64,000 bases of DNA from Vicugna vicugna (lineage: Eukaryota): NCBI GenBank assembly GCA_013265495.1, contig MU058423.1, positions 6,672,939 to 6,736,938 of the forward strand. The letters are read 5' to 3'. Each line of letters opens with the position of its first letter. The stretch's first letter is position 1. Under the pieces are notes generated by a model. The model had not been told where the DNA came from. It did no database searches and saw nothing but the letters and a program-made list of their open reading frames with translations. Made by a program: the position numbers and the translations under genes. Shown piece after piece: positions 14,540-25,976 of the stretch.

Positions 14540-14761
14540 AAATTAAGAACATAATTTTATTGGAAAGAAAATAATTTATTATATATGAGGAAGATGATTA
14601 AAATACTTGTGATATGTCTCTAATAAACTGATTTAAATGCATATAGATTTAATTTTTAAATACACTTTAAAAGCTGTTACGCACAGTTCCATAGTCCAGG
14701 TGGTCAATTTCGTCTCCTCAAAGTTGGAAAGCACTTGAAAAATATGAAATTCAAAAGGAAC
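14540..14761 (-). other. RNPC3: RNPC3 short terminal 3'UTR exon (distal acceptor); 3' end approximate
   Basis: Acceptor TTTTTATGGTGTTTTAG|GTT at 14763-14762, about 180 nt upstream of twin AATAAA. Exact acceptor inferred. Confidence 0.6.
14556..14580 (-). terminator. RNPC3: Twin AATAAA polyadenylation signals of RNPC3
   Basis: TTTATT on + at 14575-14580 and 14556-14561, followed on the minus strand by a U/GU-rich tract (TTTTTCTTTATGTTTC). Confidence 0.7.
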
Positions 14762-15306
14762 CTAAAACACCATAAAAATTCATTAAAAATAATGATTATA
14801 TAAAACAGTACATTAATTTTTTAAATAACTAAAAGTTAAAACATTTATATTCAGAAAATTAGTGAATCATGTCAGTACAACAAAATTATAATTGTCTAAA
14901 TAAACAGCTTATACAGAAACTGGTAACATAAAAAAAACACTTTGTGTCTAAAGAAAAAAGCAACAACAATTTCAGGATCTATAACTTTTGGTACTCTTAA
15001 AGTGACAATAATTATTAACAGAATCTGCATTGTTTCATAGTACTATCAATAGCAGGATTTAAAAGAAAGACACATAGAGGCTCCAATGCTTTCCCTATTT
15101 ATTTTCCTACTTATAAAAGTTTAGACAGTTAGATTGGTATTCTTGGGTTCACCTTACCATTTTAATCTAACAAAGTAACATCCAAACTGATCAGTCCTTA
15201 TAATTACTATGGGATCTTTTCAAATTAAATTCTTGATACTGATCCCACAGATTCTGATTTATCAGTTCTAGGATGGGAGTCTAAGGAATGTGTAAAAATC
15301 CTCCCT

Positions 15307-15535
15307 CAGTGGTTCTCAACTTGGTTGCAAAACTTTGGGAACCAAAACTTTGGGAGGTTTGAAATACCTAATATCTATGTTGAAATCCAGACCAATTAAA
15401 TCAAGCTCTGGGGGAGAAATCCAGACGTCACAATATTTTTCAGCTTATTATTATTACAATTACTTTTAATCAGTATTTTTTTTTTTTAAAGTTCCACAGG
15501 TCATTCCATTATGCAGCCAAGATTGAGAACCACTG
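15307..15535. mobile_element. MER5A-like hAT MITE nested in an older MER5-like element (about 15190-15576)
   Basis: Terminal inverted repeats CAGTGGTTCTCAA...TTGAGAACCACTG. Confidence 0.75.
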
Positions 15536-16215
15536 TTCTGGGTGGTTCTAGTTATCAACTAGTCTGGAAACCACTGCTCTTACATACCTACCGGAATTAT
15601 TTCTTTCCACTTAATGTGCTACCCTGAGTCAACGTTATGTCTTCTCCTCTCTGTTACCCTTTTCTTACTCCTTTTGTTTTGTTTAGAAAAAGAGAGAGGA
15701 AAAAATATTTCTCCTTACTACTTCAAAAGACATTTCAATAATAAAACCTCAGATGTAAAGTCTGCTATTCTTATTTGGAATTTACATTTAAATCCAGTTA
15801 TTTAAACTTTCAACATATGTACTTAAAAAAAAACAAAAAGCCCTTTCCCCAATCAAATTTTACATGTTATATAGAACACCTAAACCACATACATCATGAA
15901 ACAAAGCAAGTATGTCACTGAATTAGATTTAGAAAACACATAAATAGAACAAACAAGACTAAAGTATGTGTTAAAGCAAGTAAATAAGTTGACTTGATTC
16001 ACTAACTTTCCCTGGAAAAATTACATAACCTAAAGGACAGCATAGAAAATTCAGCAGCAAATCTAAAAATCACGTAAAAGATTTGTTTAATCGAAGCAGA
16101 TAATTTTAGAAATATTTTGTTTCAATACATTGTAAAAAAGTATTGCTTAAGCTGGATCCATGGGTAGGGGAGAGACAAAACATTTCTAGGAAAATCAAAA
16201 AAACACTGCCCCAAA

Positions 16216-16239
16216 AAAGGATACAACAAGAAAGGATAC
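16216..16239 (-). promoter_or_regulatory. RNPC3: USSE (U11 snRNP-binding splicing enhancer): tandem U12-type 5' splice-site motifs in the RNPC3 3'UTR
   Basis: Minus strand reads GTATCCTTT-CTTGTT-GTATCCTTT, 44 nt downstream of a U2-type acceptor at 16284. This matches the known RNPC3 autoregulatory element. Confidence 0.93.
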
Positions 16240-17357
16240 ACTTTGTATGACAGTGTTACAGCAGTATTTACGCAGCAATGCTTCTAAAGAAGAACAGCAG
16301 AATGCAGTTTAATTTTTTTCCTCACTTTTCAAGTTAAATTTACAAATAAATGACTTTTTAAAACACACACTGAAAATTGTTTATTTTCATCTGTTCTTCT
16401 AACGTATTTGTAAGACTTCTGACTACAGCAGTATGATACTGTACAACAAATACACTCAAATATTCAAGGTGCCTCCCAAAAGAAATAAACATTAAGCAAA
16501 ATTTTCATATAATTTTTTCCGCTTAACCATCAGTAATTTTGGCCCATTTACTTCATGTTCTTTCAGCATACTAGGGCAGAGAGATTTAGACAAAAATTTA
16601 AAAAGGAATATATATACACTCATCTTTCTTAAATCAAACAATGGGACATAAGCTTTTAAGTTTAAAATGCTTAATTCTACCATTTTAATCACTAAATTAC
16701 CTAAGTATGAATTGAAATTACTTATTTGAAAAACAAAAGACTTTGCTCCTCAAAAAAAGTATATATTTCTGTTAAGTGTGTAATTAGTCATTAGCAAGAC
16801 AAATTCTCAGGTCCCACCAAGGTTAACCAACTTCTCTTGGCTCAGCAGATACTTTCTCAGTGTTAGCATTAAAAAGTCCAGTGTCTTAGAAAGCCTCTAA
16901 TCACAGGAAAACTGGGATGATTGGTTACCAAGGCCCTACCCAACGCAGACCTACTGAAATCAGAAACTCTGCATGGAGGTGGAGAGAAAACTCAGTAATC
17001 TGTTTTAGCAAGCCCTCTAAGTGATTATAATACACATTAAAATTTAAGAACTACTCCTTTACTCTAGGAAGAAAAAGTAAATAAAGACTAATAAAGACAC
17101 TTTGCCCTTAAAAAATTCATTCTACAAACTTAACTTTTACATACAAATGGGCTTTGTTCTGTGGTTATAATTGTGAGGTTTAATGGGCATTAACTGCATA
17201 GTTATACATACAAAGACAGAGACAGAGGGATGGATCCTTTAAAAACGTTAGGAAATACATGAATTACTATTCTATCAGGCTTTTATCCTTCCTTAATTTT
17301 ATTCCAAGAAAGTTCTGTCCTTTTATTATTCTATCTCCACACTTACCTTACTAATTT

Positions 17358-17417
17358 TTAACATTTTCTTTTCCCATCTTTAGAATCTTGTTTTGGTCGA
17401 GCAGATCGAGCAAACTG
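17358..17417 (-). CDS. RNPC3: RNPC3 coding exon 14 (QFARSARPKQDSKDGKRKC*); exon continues as UTR to the donor at 17347
   Basis: TAA at 17360-17358. The 14 coding segments sum to 1554 nt = 517 aa + stop. Donor AAG|GTAAGT lies 11 nt after the stop. Confidence 0.96.
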   Translation of the reverse strand, partial: QFARSARPKQDSKDGKRKC

Positions 17418-18137
17418 CTAATATTTAAAAATTAAGGTTTCCTTCACAAACATGAAAGTAATTTTTCCTACATAATTATCAAGAACATCCTAATTTAGGG
17501 TAAGAGTACAGATTTAATTTATCTTTATATTTGTCCTTCCTCTTAGTCATTTGTCGAGTATTTGTTGACTGCCTTCTAGCTGTCCATGATCTGGGAAGAA
17601 GTAAAAAATTTATCTTTCATAGTCATTTTTAACACCTGGGCCTTTACTCCTTCATTTACAACAAGATTTATAGTTTGATTCTGCATTAACTGCTGAAAGT
17701 AGGATGGTTAAATGCTGCTGGAAGTAGGATCATTAATTAATGATATATTTTGGTAATTAAAGTCTTCAAACACTAATATGAATTATAATATAATAAAATA
17801 TAAAATAGTAAAACTACAATGAGTCCTATCTTTAATGACTCCAAATGTACTTCTGGATACCGTAGTAGGCCTAGCATGAGTATGCATATACTATTAAGCT
17901 GTATTAAGTAAAATGTTTAGACTTAGCTGAATTTTAATAACCTCATATTTATTTTCCAATAAAAATCTAAATAACGTCATCTGGCTCAACTAAATATATT
18001 TATAACTGAGTATTCTCAAGCTAGAATGCCAGTGGTTGAGATTTCTAAACGATAATATAAAAATTGGTTTCAATTACACCCATACTCCTAAAAACTACAC
18101 AGTTTTGAAGGATAAACTACATTAATTTGAAGGATAC
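17418..18137 (-). other. RNPC3: U12-type (minor spliceosome) GT-AG intron 13 of RNPC3
   Basis: 5' splice site GTATCCTT. Branch sequence CCTTAAT (17437-17431) lies just upstream of the AG at 17419-17418, with no strong polypyrimidine tract. Confidence 0.93.
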
Positions 18138-18270
18138 AACCACCATAGGTTTTCCAAAAAGAACATATCCATTAGCTTCCTTTAATGCTTTTGCTGCTGC
18201 TTTTTCATTTGGAAGTCCAATGAAAGCTTGTCCTTTCATGCGACCTTCTTTCATCAAGCGTATATCAAAC
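18138..18270 (-). CDS. RNPC3: RNPC3 coding exon 13 (FDIRLMKEGRMKGQAFIGLPNEKAAAKALKEANGYVLFGKPMVV; RRM2 RNP1)
   Basis: 133 nt, acceptor CTTTCTAG|, donor is U12-type GTT|GTATCCTT. Confidence 0.97.
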
Positions 18271-19472
18271 CTAGAAAGAGGTCAAGAAAGAAAAGAATGG
18301 TTTTGACTCAAAGAATGTCAAAGAACTTTGATGAAGTGAATGGGAATGTTTAACAATTTAAAATTTTGCTCTTTCAGAATAAAAATGACTTTACTGTCTG
18401 ATTAGCACATTAATTACCCAGTCTTTCTAAAATTTTATTTTATATTCTGTTCTAAAATTGAGCAGGCAATGTAAGTGCGATGATGTGCTTATCTTTTTTA
18501 GTTGTCTACAGAGAATAAGCGACTTCAAGGTCACACAGGTCATAGCTGAAGTTAAAGACAAAAACACAAACCAGATTTCTGTATTCCAAGTGTAGTCCTC
18601 TATTATTTCCCAGTGTACTCATTTTTGAACTTTTCAGGGGAAAAAACTATACTCAAAACTACTTTAAAAAAGACTGTAATTTACAATTAAAGTATTGCCT
18701 ACCATTTAGACAGTCTATGAAACTAGCAAAAGCATATAAACTTTAAAAGTATGGAAAAATGGAGTAAAATTTTTTTTTCTCAAAATTTCATATGACTATC
18801 CCACAGGAAATAATTACTAATTTATCACTCTGATGTGTACAGCTTTCTTAATATAGAATTATTTTTCTTCTCTAATTCTAGTGGCAGGCAATATTAGAAA
18901 TATGTATGCATACACATATGTATGCATTTGTACACATGATATATATACATACACACACAATACTTATATTTATATATCTATGTGATATACATATAAATTT
19001 CATATATTTTTAAAATTTTTACTCTTTTCTTTACAATCACGATTCAAAGGCAGGAAGAAGAAAAAGGGCCAGTATTTTGCACAGCCAGCAAAAGAAACTT
19101 TTGGTATCCTGTTAAGAGATATCTGTTACTAATGAGTAAAAAAAGGACAATTATAAGAGATGATGCTCCTTGTGCATGCCTATCTAAAAGGTACATAGTT
19201 CAGATAAGATTTTAAAAATATTAGTTTTACATGAAGATCCAAGCACAATTAACTAGTTAAGAGTCATTTCTGCTTTACCTTCATTCAAAAGTCTCTCTCT
19301 GTATCTTTTCTAATTTTCTTCACTTCTAATTTATATGGCCATGATCATACATACTTTGGAGTTAACTAATTAAAAAATTTTAAGGCACGAAATTCTACCT
19401 CCAAACATTAGTTTTATAAATCATTTATGAATCATAAACATAACATAATTTGCAAATATAAATGCTACTCAC

Positions 19473-19531
19473 ATTATCCGTTGTGTTTCTGATGAAAAGT
19501 CAACATATCTTCCAAAAATAAATTTAAGGTC
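19473..19531 (-). CDS. RNPC3: RNPC3 coding exon 12 (DLKFIFGRYVDFSSETQRI)
   Basis: 59 nt after an 87-nt intron; acceptor TTCTAG|, donor AT|GTGAGT. Confidence 0.96.
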
Positions 19532-19618
19532 CTAGAATTTCAACAAGGAACAGATTTATAAGGACATCCAGAAAAAAATATGTAAAATAATAAAACCAAT
19601 TTATAAATTTCAACTTAC

Positions 19619-19713
19619 CTTTTCTTGAACATGTCTAGCTAAATTCTTTACATAAATTCTACAGTTTGGTTCACCAGGTTCGTAACTTCTAAAAACCGAA
19701 AGTGTTTCCATTT
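19619..19713 (-). CDS. RNPC3: RNPC3 coding exon 11 (EMETLSVFRSYEPGEPNCRIYVKNLARHVQEK; start of RRM2)
   Basis: 95 nt, acceptor TTTTTATATAAG|, donor AAG|GTAAGT. Confidence 0.96.
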
Positions 19714-20740
19714 CTTATATAAAAACAAAACAAAACAGGGATTTAAAATTGACAGCTTCAAATTTTTCAAAGAAAAACTATAACAACATTCAAATATAAC
19801 TGTTAAATAGACAAAATAAGAATTATGAAAATAATAAAACCATAAAAATTAATGGCAATGTTACTAATGGGATAAAAATATCCATTAAAAATCTAAATGA
19901 TAATATGAAAGTTAATTTAAAAATTTCAAGCATCTAGAGTAACTAAAATTTATCTAATAAAATATTTAGTATTAAAACTCTTTAAAGCTTAACTTTAAGA
20001 TGAGTTAGTTACTTTATCAAAAAGATTGAAGCAAATTAAGATGTTATCAATTATTTGTGTAATTGTTTTACTTAAAGTCAATCTCCCAAACTACCATGCA
20101 CCAATATATTCAAATGTAAGATGAAGTACTCAAGTGAATAATCAAGTATTTCAGACAAACTGGGCTTCTGAATCTCTATACAGCTACTCTTATTTAGTGT
20201 CAATAGTCTGTTCATTACAACTAGATATTTTAAGCAAAAATGCTATTTGAAAGTCTATTTCTCATTATTACAGGAAAAATTACATGTTACATGTCAATCT
20301 AAAACCCCTAAATATTTTCCTAAAATATACTAAAACAGGAAAAATCCATGTTTAGATATGAAATTCATAAATACAGGCTTTTAATCAATAATTAAAACAG
20401 TTTTTTTAGACAAACAACTGCTTTGCATAATCTCAAACATGGTACTGTGATGGCTGAGCAACTATATCCAGAATAAAGAACTCCAAACTGTGGGTCACAC
20501 TGAGCTAAGATGTCATATAAAAGTTTCAAGAATGAAAACAAAACATTTTTCTAAGCAAATATAGACTGGAAATATCGTAATGAGAGACACTTTCCTCCCT
20601 ATAAAGAAGTACATCACCAAAAGCAGTTATTAAAAACATTAACTGGAGATATGTTTTGAAGTATGTGCTTTAATTAAGGTAAACAAAAGGAAAGATTTAT
20701 TTTGCTTCTGAAGGGCCAAAGGCAGAATTCATGAAATTAC

Positions 20741-20902
20741 CTTCTCTAGAAATTCTTCCCTTTTCCAATTCCCTTCTAGAAATACATTCTGATGGCATCT
20801 CATCAGAGTCTTCTTTAATCTCCTCTGCAGTGTTCAAATTTGGTTTTGGGAAGATTTTTCCAAATCCTGTACTGGATGCATCAACTTCAGTAGCAGGTAC
20901 AT
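20741..20902 (-). CDS. RNPC3: RNPC3 coding exon 10 (DVPATEVDASSTGFGKIFPKPNLNTAEEIKEDSDEMPSECISRRELEKGRISRE)
   Basis: 162 nt, acceptor ACCCTTAG|, donor G|GTAATT, phase 1/1. Confidence 0.96.
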
Positions 20903-22730
20903 CTAAGGGTTAATATTGACATGAGCCATTAAAAATTCCTTCCTTCAAAATAGTTTTTGTTTTCTATTTTAAATTTTTAAGGTATCTTTTAGCACTAAAA
21001 TTCTTTTGGTGTTTTTCTCAATGCTTTGAAACAGAGGTAAGCAAACTTCTATAAAGGTTCAAATAGTATATATTTTAGGCTTTGCAGGCCATAATGGTTT
21101 CTGACATGACTATTCAACTCTGCCACTGTAACATGAAGATGAAAAATAGGACATTTCCATTTGGGATACTGAAAAAAAAAAAAGCCATTATACCTCTCCC
21201 CACCAAAAAACCCCAGAAAAACAAAAAAAAAGCCCCCCCCAACCCAAAAATAACTGTGGTCCTCCAAGAAGTAAGGAAAAACAAGTATTTGCACAATGAA
21301 TTATTCATTCAATTAGGAAAAGTTAAACACATTGTGAATTTTTAATTTTAGATTTAGCAACATAATGGATTTCACTCAGAAAACATGAATTTTAGCTTCA
21401 GCAAAAATTAAATTGGCTTGGGGGAGAAGGTTGGGAAGGATGAGATTAAACATTCACTAGAAAAATTCTAGTGTACTACCTAAAAAACAAAAAAAATCCT
21501 AAAAAAGCTGTGAAAATGGCGCAAATAACATGCCACATTTAGGACTGTAAAAGTTTCCTCCTAATGTAAAAAAAAACATTGTACAAACAGATCTCTTCTG
21601 GCCTAAAGACATCAACAGAAACACTTTTAAAATTGTTTTCACTGTTACTTCAGCATCACTTTACATTGATGCAGAATGGGATGATTGTGCCCCTCTCATA
21701 AACATCTAATTTCTTGAGTAAATCAAACTTAAAAAAAAGTTTGTGTCAAAGGCTGATTAACCATAAGAAAAAAAAATACAAAAAGAAAAATATAAAAATT
21801 GAAACAAACAAAAAAGGAGCTATCTGAAAGGACAATGCATTCTAACTAACCGTCAAAGAGATAGGAATTAAAACCAGTTAGTTTGTCACTCAGTATATTT
21901 GCAATACTTACTAGAACTCTATCCTATATTCACACAAGTGCTCAAAGATATATGTACAAAAACGTATATTCCAGTATTTTCTGTAATAATAAAAAAATGG
22001 AAACAACCTCAACTTCTATCAATAGAACATGATTAAATAAAGATTGATATAACTATACTATGGAATATTATGCAGCCATAAAAAGTAACCTATGATAGCT
22101 TTTTAACAAAAAGAAAGGGAAAATAAAATGTTTTTTATGCAAGTATAGAGTAAGATCTGGAAGGACTAACTTCATACCAAATTATTAACAATGGTTATCT
22201 CTAAATAGTGAGGAATGGAACAGTGGGGTTTGAGGTGTTAACTTCTGAAAATTTTCTATGCTCCTGTTTTGATTACATTTTCTATTAAGTTCTATTTCTG
22301 CAGTTTAAAAATTAAGAACAAAGAAATGCTATTATAATACAATATCATATTAATGTTTAAAATGAGCAGATAGAATATTTGTAATTTCAATACATTATCC
22401 TTAAACTTAAGAATAGTTATCTTGGTAAATAATCTTCCATGTCCTTTAAACAAACAAAAAAAATTACATAAAATCTACCACTCACAAGATTCACACTGCT
22501 TGTCTTCCTAACCAATAATACACTTACAAAACATGAGAACATTGCATTTAACAAGCTATGAAAAATTATCAATACAAAAAACTCTTCTATTTTTAGTGTA
22601 AACATCAGCAAAAATCACGCTAAATTTCACCCTAAAGTTCATTACTAGCAAAAGGTAACAGTGACAATCTTAACCATTAAGCAACAATTTTAGTTATATA
22701 AAAAAGTTTAAAATGGGTAATAAGGGTAAA

Positions 22731-22882
22731 GGAGGGTATAGCTCAAGTGGTAGAGAACATGCTTAGCATGCATGAGGTCCTGGTTTCAATCCTCAGTACC
22801 TCCTCTAAGAATAAACAAACAAATAAACCTAATTACCTCTGCCACCAAAATAAATAAATAAATAAATAAATAAATACATAAA
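22731..22882 (+). mobile_element. Vic-1-like (camelid) tRNA-derived SINE
   Basis: A/B-box head GGAGGGTATAGCTCAAGTGGTAGAG...GGTTTCAATCC, (AAAT)n tail, flanking repeat TAAAATGGGTAA at 22709-22720 and 22883-22894. Confidence 0.85.
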
Positions 22883-23025
22883 TAAAATGGGTAACAGAAG
22901 TGCACATTTTAAATACAGTTCACAAACACTAGAATACTGAAACACATATGAAATTTAATTCTAATACAAAAACCTGATTGAGAAGAATTTTCACATAGCA
23001 TATTAAAGAACTAAAATATGCTTAC

Positions 23026-23177
23026 CACAATTTTGTTCTTCACAATTTTGTTCCTTTTCTAAATCTTTCTTAAATGCAGCTGGCATGTCGGTAGATATAT
23101 GGAATTCAATTTTTTTACTACCTACAGGTTGTGGTTGATCAAAAACATCCGAAGGTAACAGCACTGGATGCAAACTG
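23026..23177 (-). CDS. RNPC3: RNPC3 coding exon 9 (SLHPVLLPSDVFDQPQPVGSKKIEFHISTDMPAAFKKDLEKEQNCEEQNC)
   Basis: 152 nt, acceptor AACAG|CAG (tandem), donor G|GTAAGC; within ORF-track 23003..23239. Confidence 0.95.
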
Positions 23178-23815
23178 CTGTTTATATAAACAATCATAGC
23201 ATTACTTCCTAACTGCAAAGAAAATTCTGAGTAAAACATTATTTTGTATTTATTTTAAATTTAAAAAGCTGACACTGATAAAGCACTCACACTACATGCA
23301 ATGAACAAAGTAACTTACATTTAATACTTCAATAAATCCTACCAAATGTTCTCATACGAGTATTATTAAATTCCTACTTAGATAAGAGGTTAACGGATGT
23401 TAAGAAACTGCATAAAATCATTCAGTAAATGACAGAGACAGGACTTTAGGCCTATTGACTCTAAACTTCAGGATATTGACCAATATGCAAAAAACTTAAT
23501 TCTATGTTTAATATAAGCATTTTCTGCACTGTATTTCTTATACTATATATTAAAAAGCTATGCTATCCAATGGAGTAGCCACATGTGACTAATAAGCACT
23601 TGAAATGTTGCTGTACTTATGCTCTAAGCACAAAATATACACCAGAGTTTAACAACTTTGTGTGAAAAAAAGAAATGTAAAATATCTCTATAACTTTTTA
23701 TGTTAATTATATGCTGAAATAATACTTTAGATATAATCAATTAAATAAAATATATTATTAAAATTAATTTCATCTTTTAATATGGCTATTGGAAAATTTA
23801 GTTCGGTTTCCATTA

Positions 23816-24044
23816 CAGCTGACTCTTGAAATACTCAGCGACTAGGGCCCCCAACTCTGCAGCAGTCAAAATCCCATATGTAACTTTATAGATGACCCTC
23901 CACATCCATGGTTCCTCTGTATCCAGTTTCATATCCAGGGATTCAACCAACCTCAGATCATGCAGTATTGCAGTATTTACAGAAAAAAATCTGTTTATAA
24001 GTGGACCCACACAGTTCAAACCTATGTTGTTCAAGGGTCAACTG
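23816..24044. mobile_element. Tigger-family (Tigger2/MER8-like) MITE nested in a MER33/MER3-like hAT relic (about 23560-24070)
   Basis: Terminal inverted repeats CAGCTGACTCTTGAA...TTCAAGGGTCAACTG, TA at left flank. Confidence 0.7.
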
Positions 24045-25850
24045 CATTAATTTTTAATTGTTCAGTACTGCTATAGACATTAAAAGCATGGGACTGTGGT
24101 GTCAAGACATATATAGGTGGTTAATATGCACATTATTTTAACATGAAATAATAATTTTAAAAACCCAAAGATTAAAGACCTTTCCTTTAAAAATGTGAAA
24201 GATTATTTTAACAAACTTCTTTCTCCATTTATGAAGTTACTTACAAACTCAAGGAAAATTTACCTTATAGAAAAGCTGAATGAATTTTAAATTCCAAGTA
24301 ATGGCAATTTTCACCTGAGTAAGATATTAAAATACACAGAATTCCATGGCAAATAGGCAAGTCCAATTTCTGCCATAATTTCAAGCATCATGTTAATGCA
24401 AAATGTCAGATAATCAGACAAAAACGGGAAAAAAGGACAATATATTTCAAACAAAATGCCCAACAATGAATACTATTTCGTTGGCAATTTCTCTACTATA
24501 ACAGTTTAAGACAGTTAATTTATATCTAATAAAATTCTTTCATACCCATAGCCCTGACCATTACCCCAAATCTGCATATTTCCTGGAAAGTTTATCATAA
24601 TATAACACAGTCTGAAAGAAATTCTTAATTTTCAAAAAATGTCACTGGCATTACAATGGTTCCCTCAACACATTCACACATCATAACCTAATATTTAAAG
24701 GCAGATATCCCCACATCCTTCTAGCTTTTCCTTTCATCATTTCTATTCCTATGCAACAAATTTTCTTACCTCTGGAAACTTCCACATTTTTATTCACACT
24801 GGCTATCCCTTCCCTGCCTAATTTTTGCCTCTTATCCTTCAAGCCCAGTTTAAATGTCTCCTCCCATTTAAAGTCTTTCCAGATTTCTTAATTGGCTGTG
24901 ACCTTTCTTTTTTTTTTACAACCTTTCATTCTTAGTTGTATCTTTTTCTTATGTCATTTTATTATAATTGCTAATGCAACAGAAATCTGTGCATATGGCT
25001 TACTTGCCCCTAAGACTATTAACTCACTATTTGAAAAGATGGCATTAAGCTTTCAAAGTATGCTCCAAATCACAGAATATTAAGCAGAGAACTTATCACA
25101 CATTCAATAAATATCTAAAAGGGGGCTTCTGTGTGCTAAGTCATGTGAACTTTTACCTAGGAGGGTACTTTGAAGTAAAAAAATGTTTGATATTACGTAA
25201 TGGAGTTAGAAGAAGCTAACAATTTCATATAAACAAATTGGTGATGTCATCAAAACTGTAAATGCAGTATAAGAAAGGAATAATGAAAGGAAAGTAAATG
25301 AATTTTGTTTTGGATAATATCTTAAATGCCTATAAGATGCTCTTGAGTATGCAAATAGGAAGCTGGAAATGAAGTCTTTAGATCTCAGGAGGTGAAATCT
25401 AGAGATGAAGATTTGGAGTCCATTAGCTGCAACAGGTGAAACTATAAAAATCAATGAGATTAACACAGAATTTAAATATAAGAACAGAAGATGACCATAG
25501 ACAGGAATACATGAAACACAGTATTTGAAAGAAAAAGCAGCAAGTGATAGAGTGAGTATAGGCACAAAATAAAGAAAATAGGAAGGAAAAGAGGAAAAGA
25601 GGCAGTAAGATGAGAAACAAAAAAGAATGATAATTGAAAATTAATCGTGGACAATTTCGAAACCTATAGTAGTCAACAGTATCAAGCGCTCATCAACTTT
25701 GAGAGAATTATGAATACTGTGAATATGGCAAATAAGAAATCACTGATAAACCAAGCGGACTGATGACATAAAAGCCAGCCTGAAGAATGATGTGAGTTAA
25801 GCAGGTAGACAAAATACATACAGAATCCTTATTTTATAATCCAAAACTAC

Positions 25851-25976
25851 CTGTGTGAAGCAGACGATGGTGTATTCAACATATCCTTTATTTTTCTCTT
25901 TTTTCTCACATGGCGCTGCTTTACTGTTTTTGGTCTTTTGGGCTGAAGATTTGCTAGTTCCATTAGTTTGGTCATT
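25851..25976 (-). CDS. RNPC3: RNPC3 coding exon 8 (MTKLMELANLQPKRPKTVKQRHVRKKRKIKDMLNTPSSASH)
   Basis: 126 nt, acceptor CTTCCTCCAACGTAG|, donor AG|GTAGTT; basic NLS-like stretch RKKRKIK. Confidence 0.95.

Larger units (their letters stand above)
14540..16283 (-). other. RNPC3: RNPC3 long terminal 3'UTR exon (USSE-activated proximal acceptor); 3' end approximate
   Basis: Acceptor CTGTTCTTCTTTAG|AAG at 16285-16284, immediately upstream of the USSE. Confidence 0.75.

Noticed and set aside
20903..20920. TTAAC near the exon 10 acceptor as a U12 branch point
   Set aside because: Lacks CCTTAAC context and the intron's donor is U2-type GTAAGC.
22731..22800. tRNA gene
   Set aside because: The tRNA-like head is followed by a SINE body, (AAAT)n tail and TSD, so it is a SINE.
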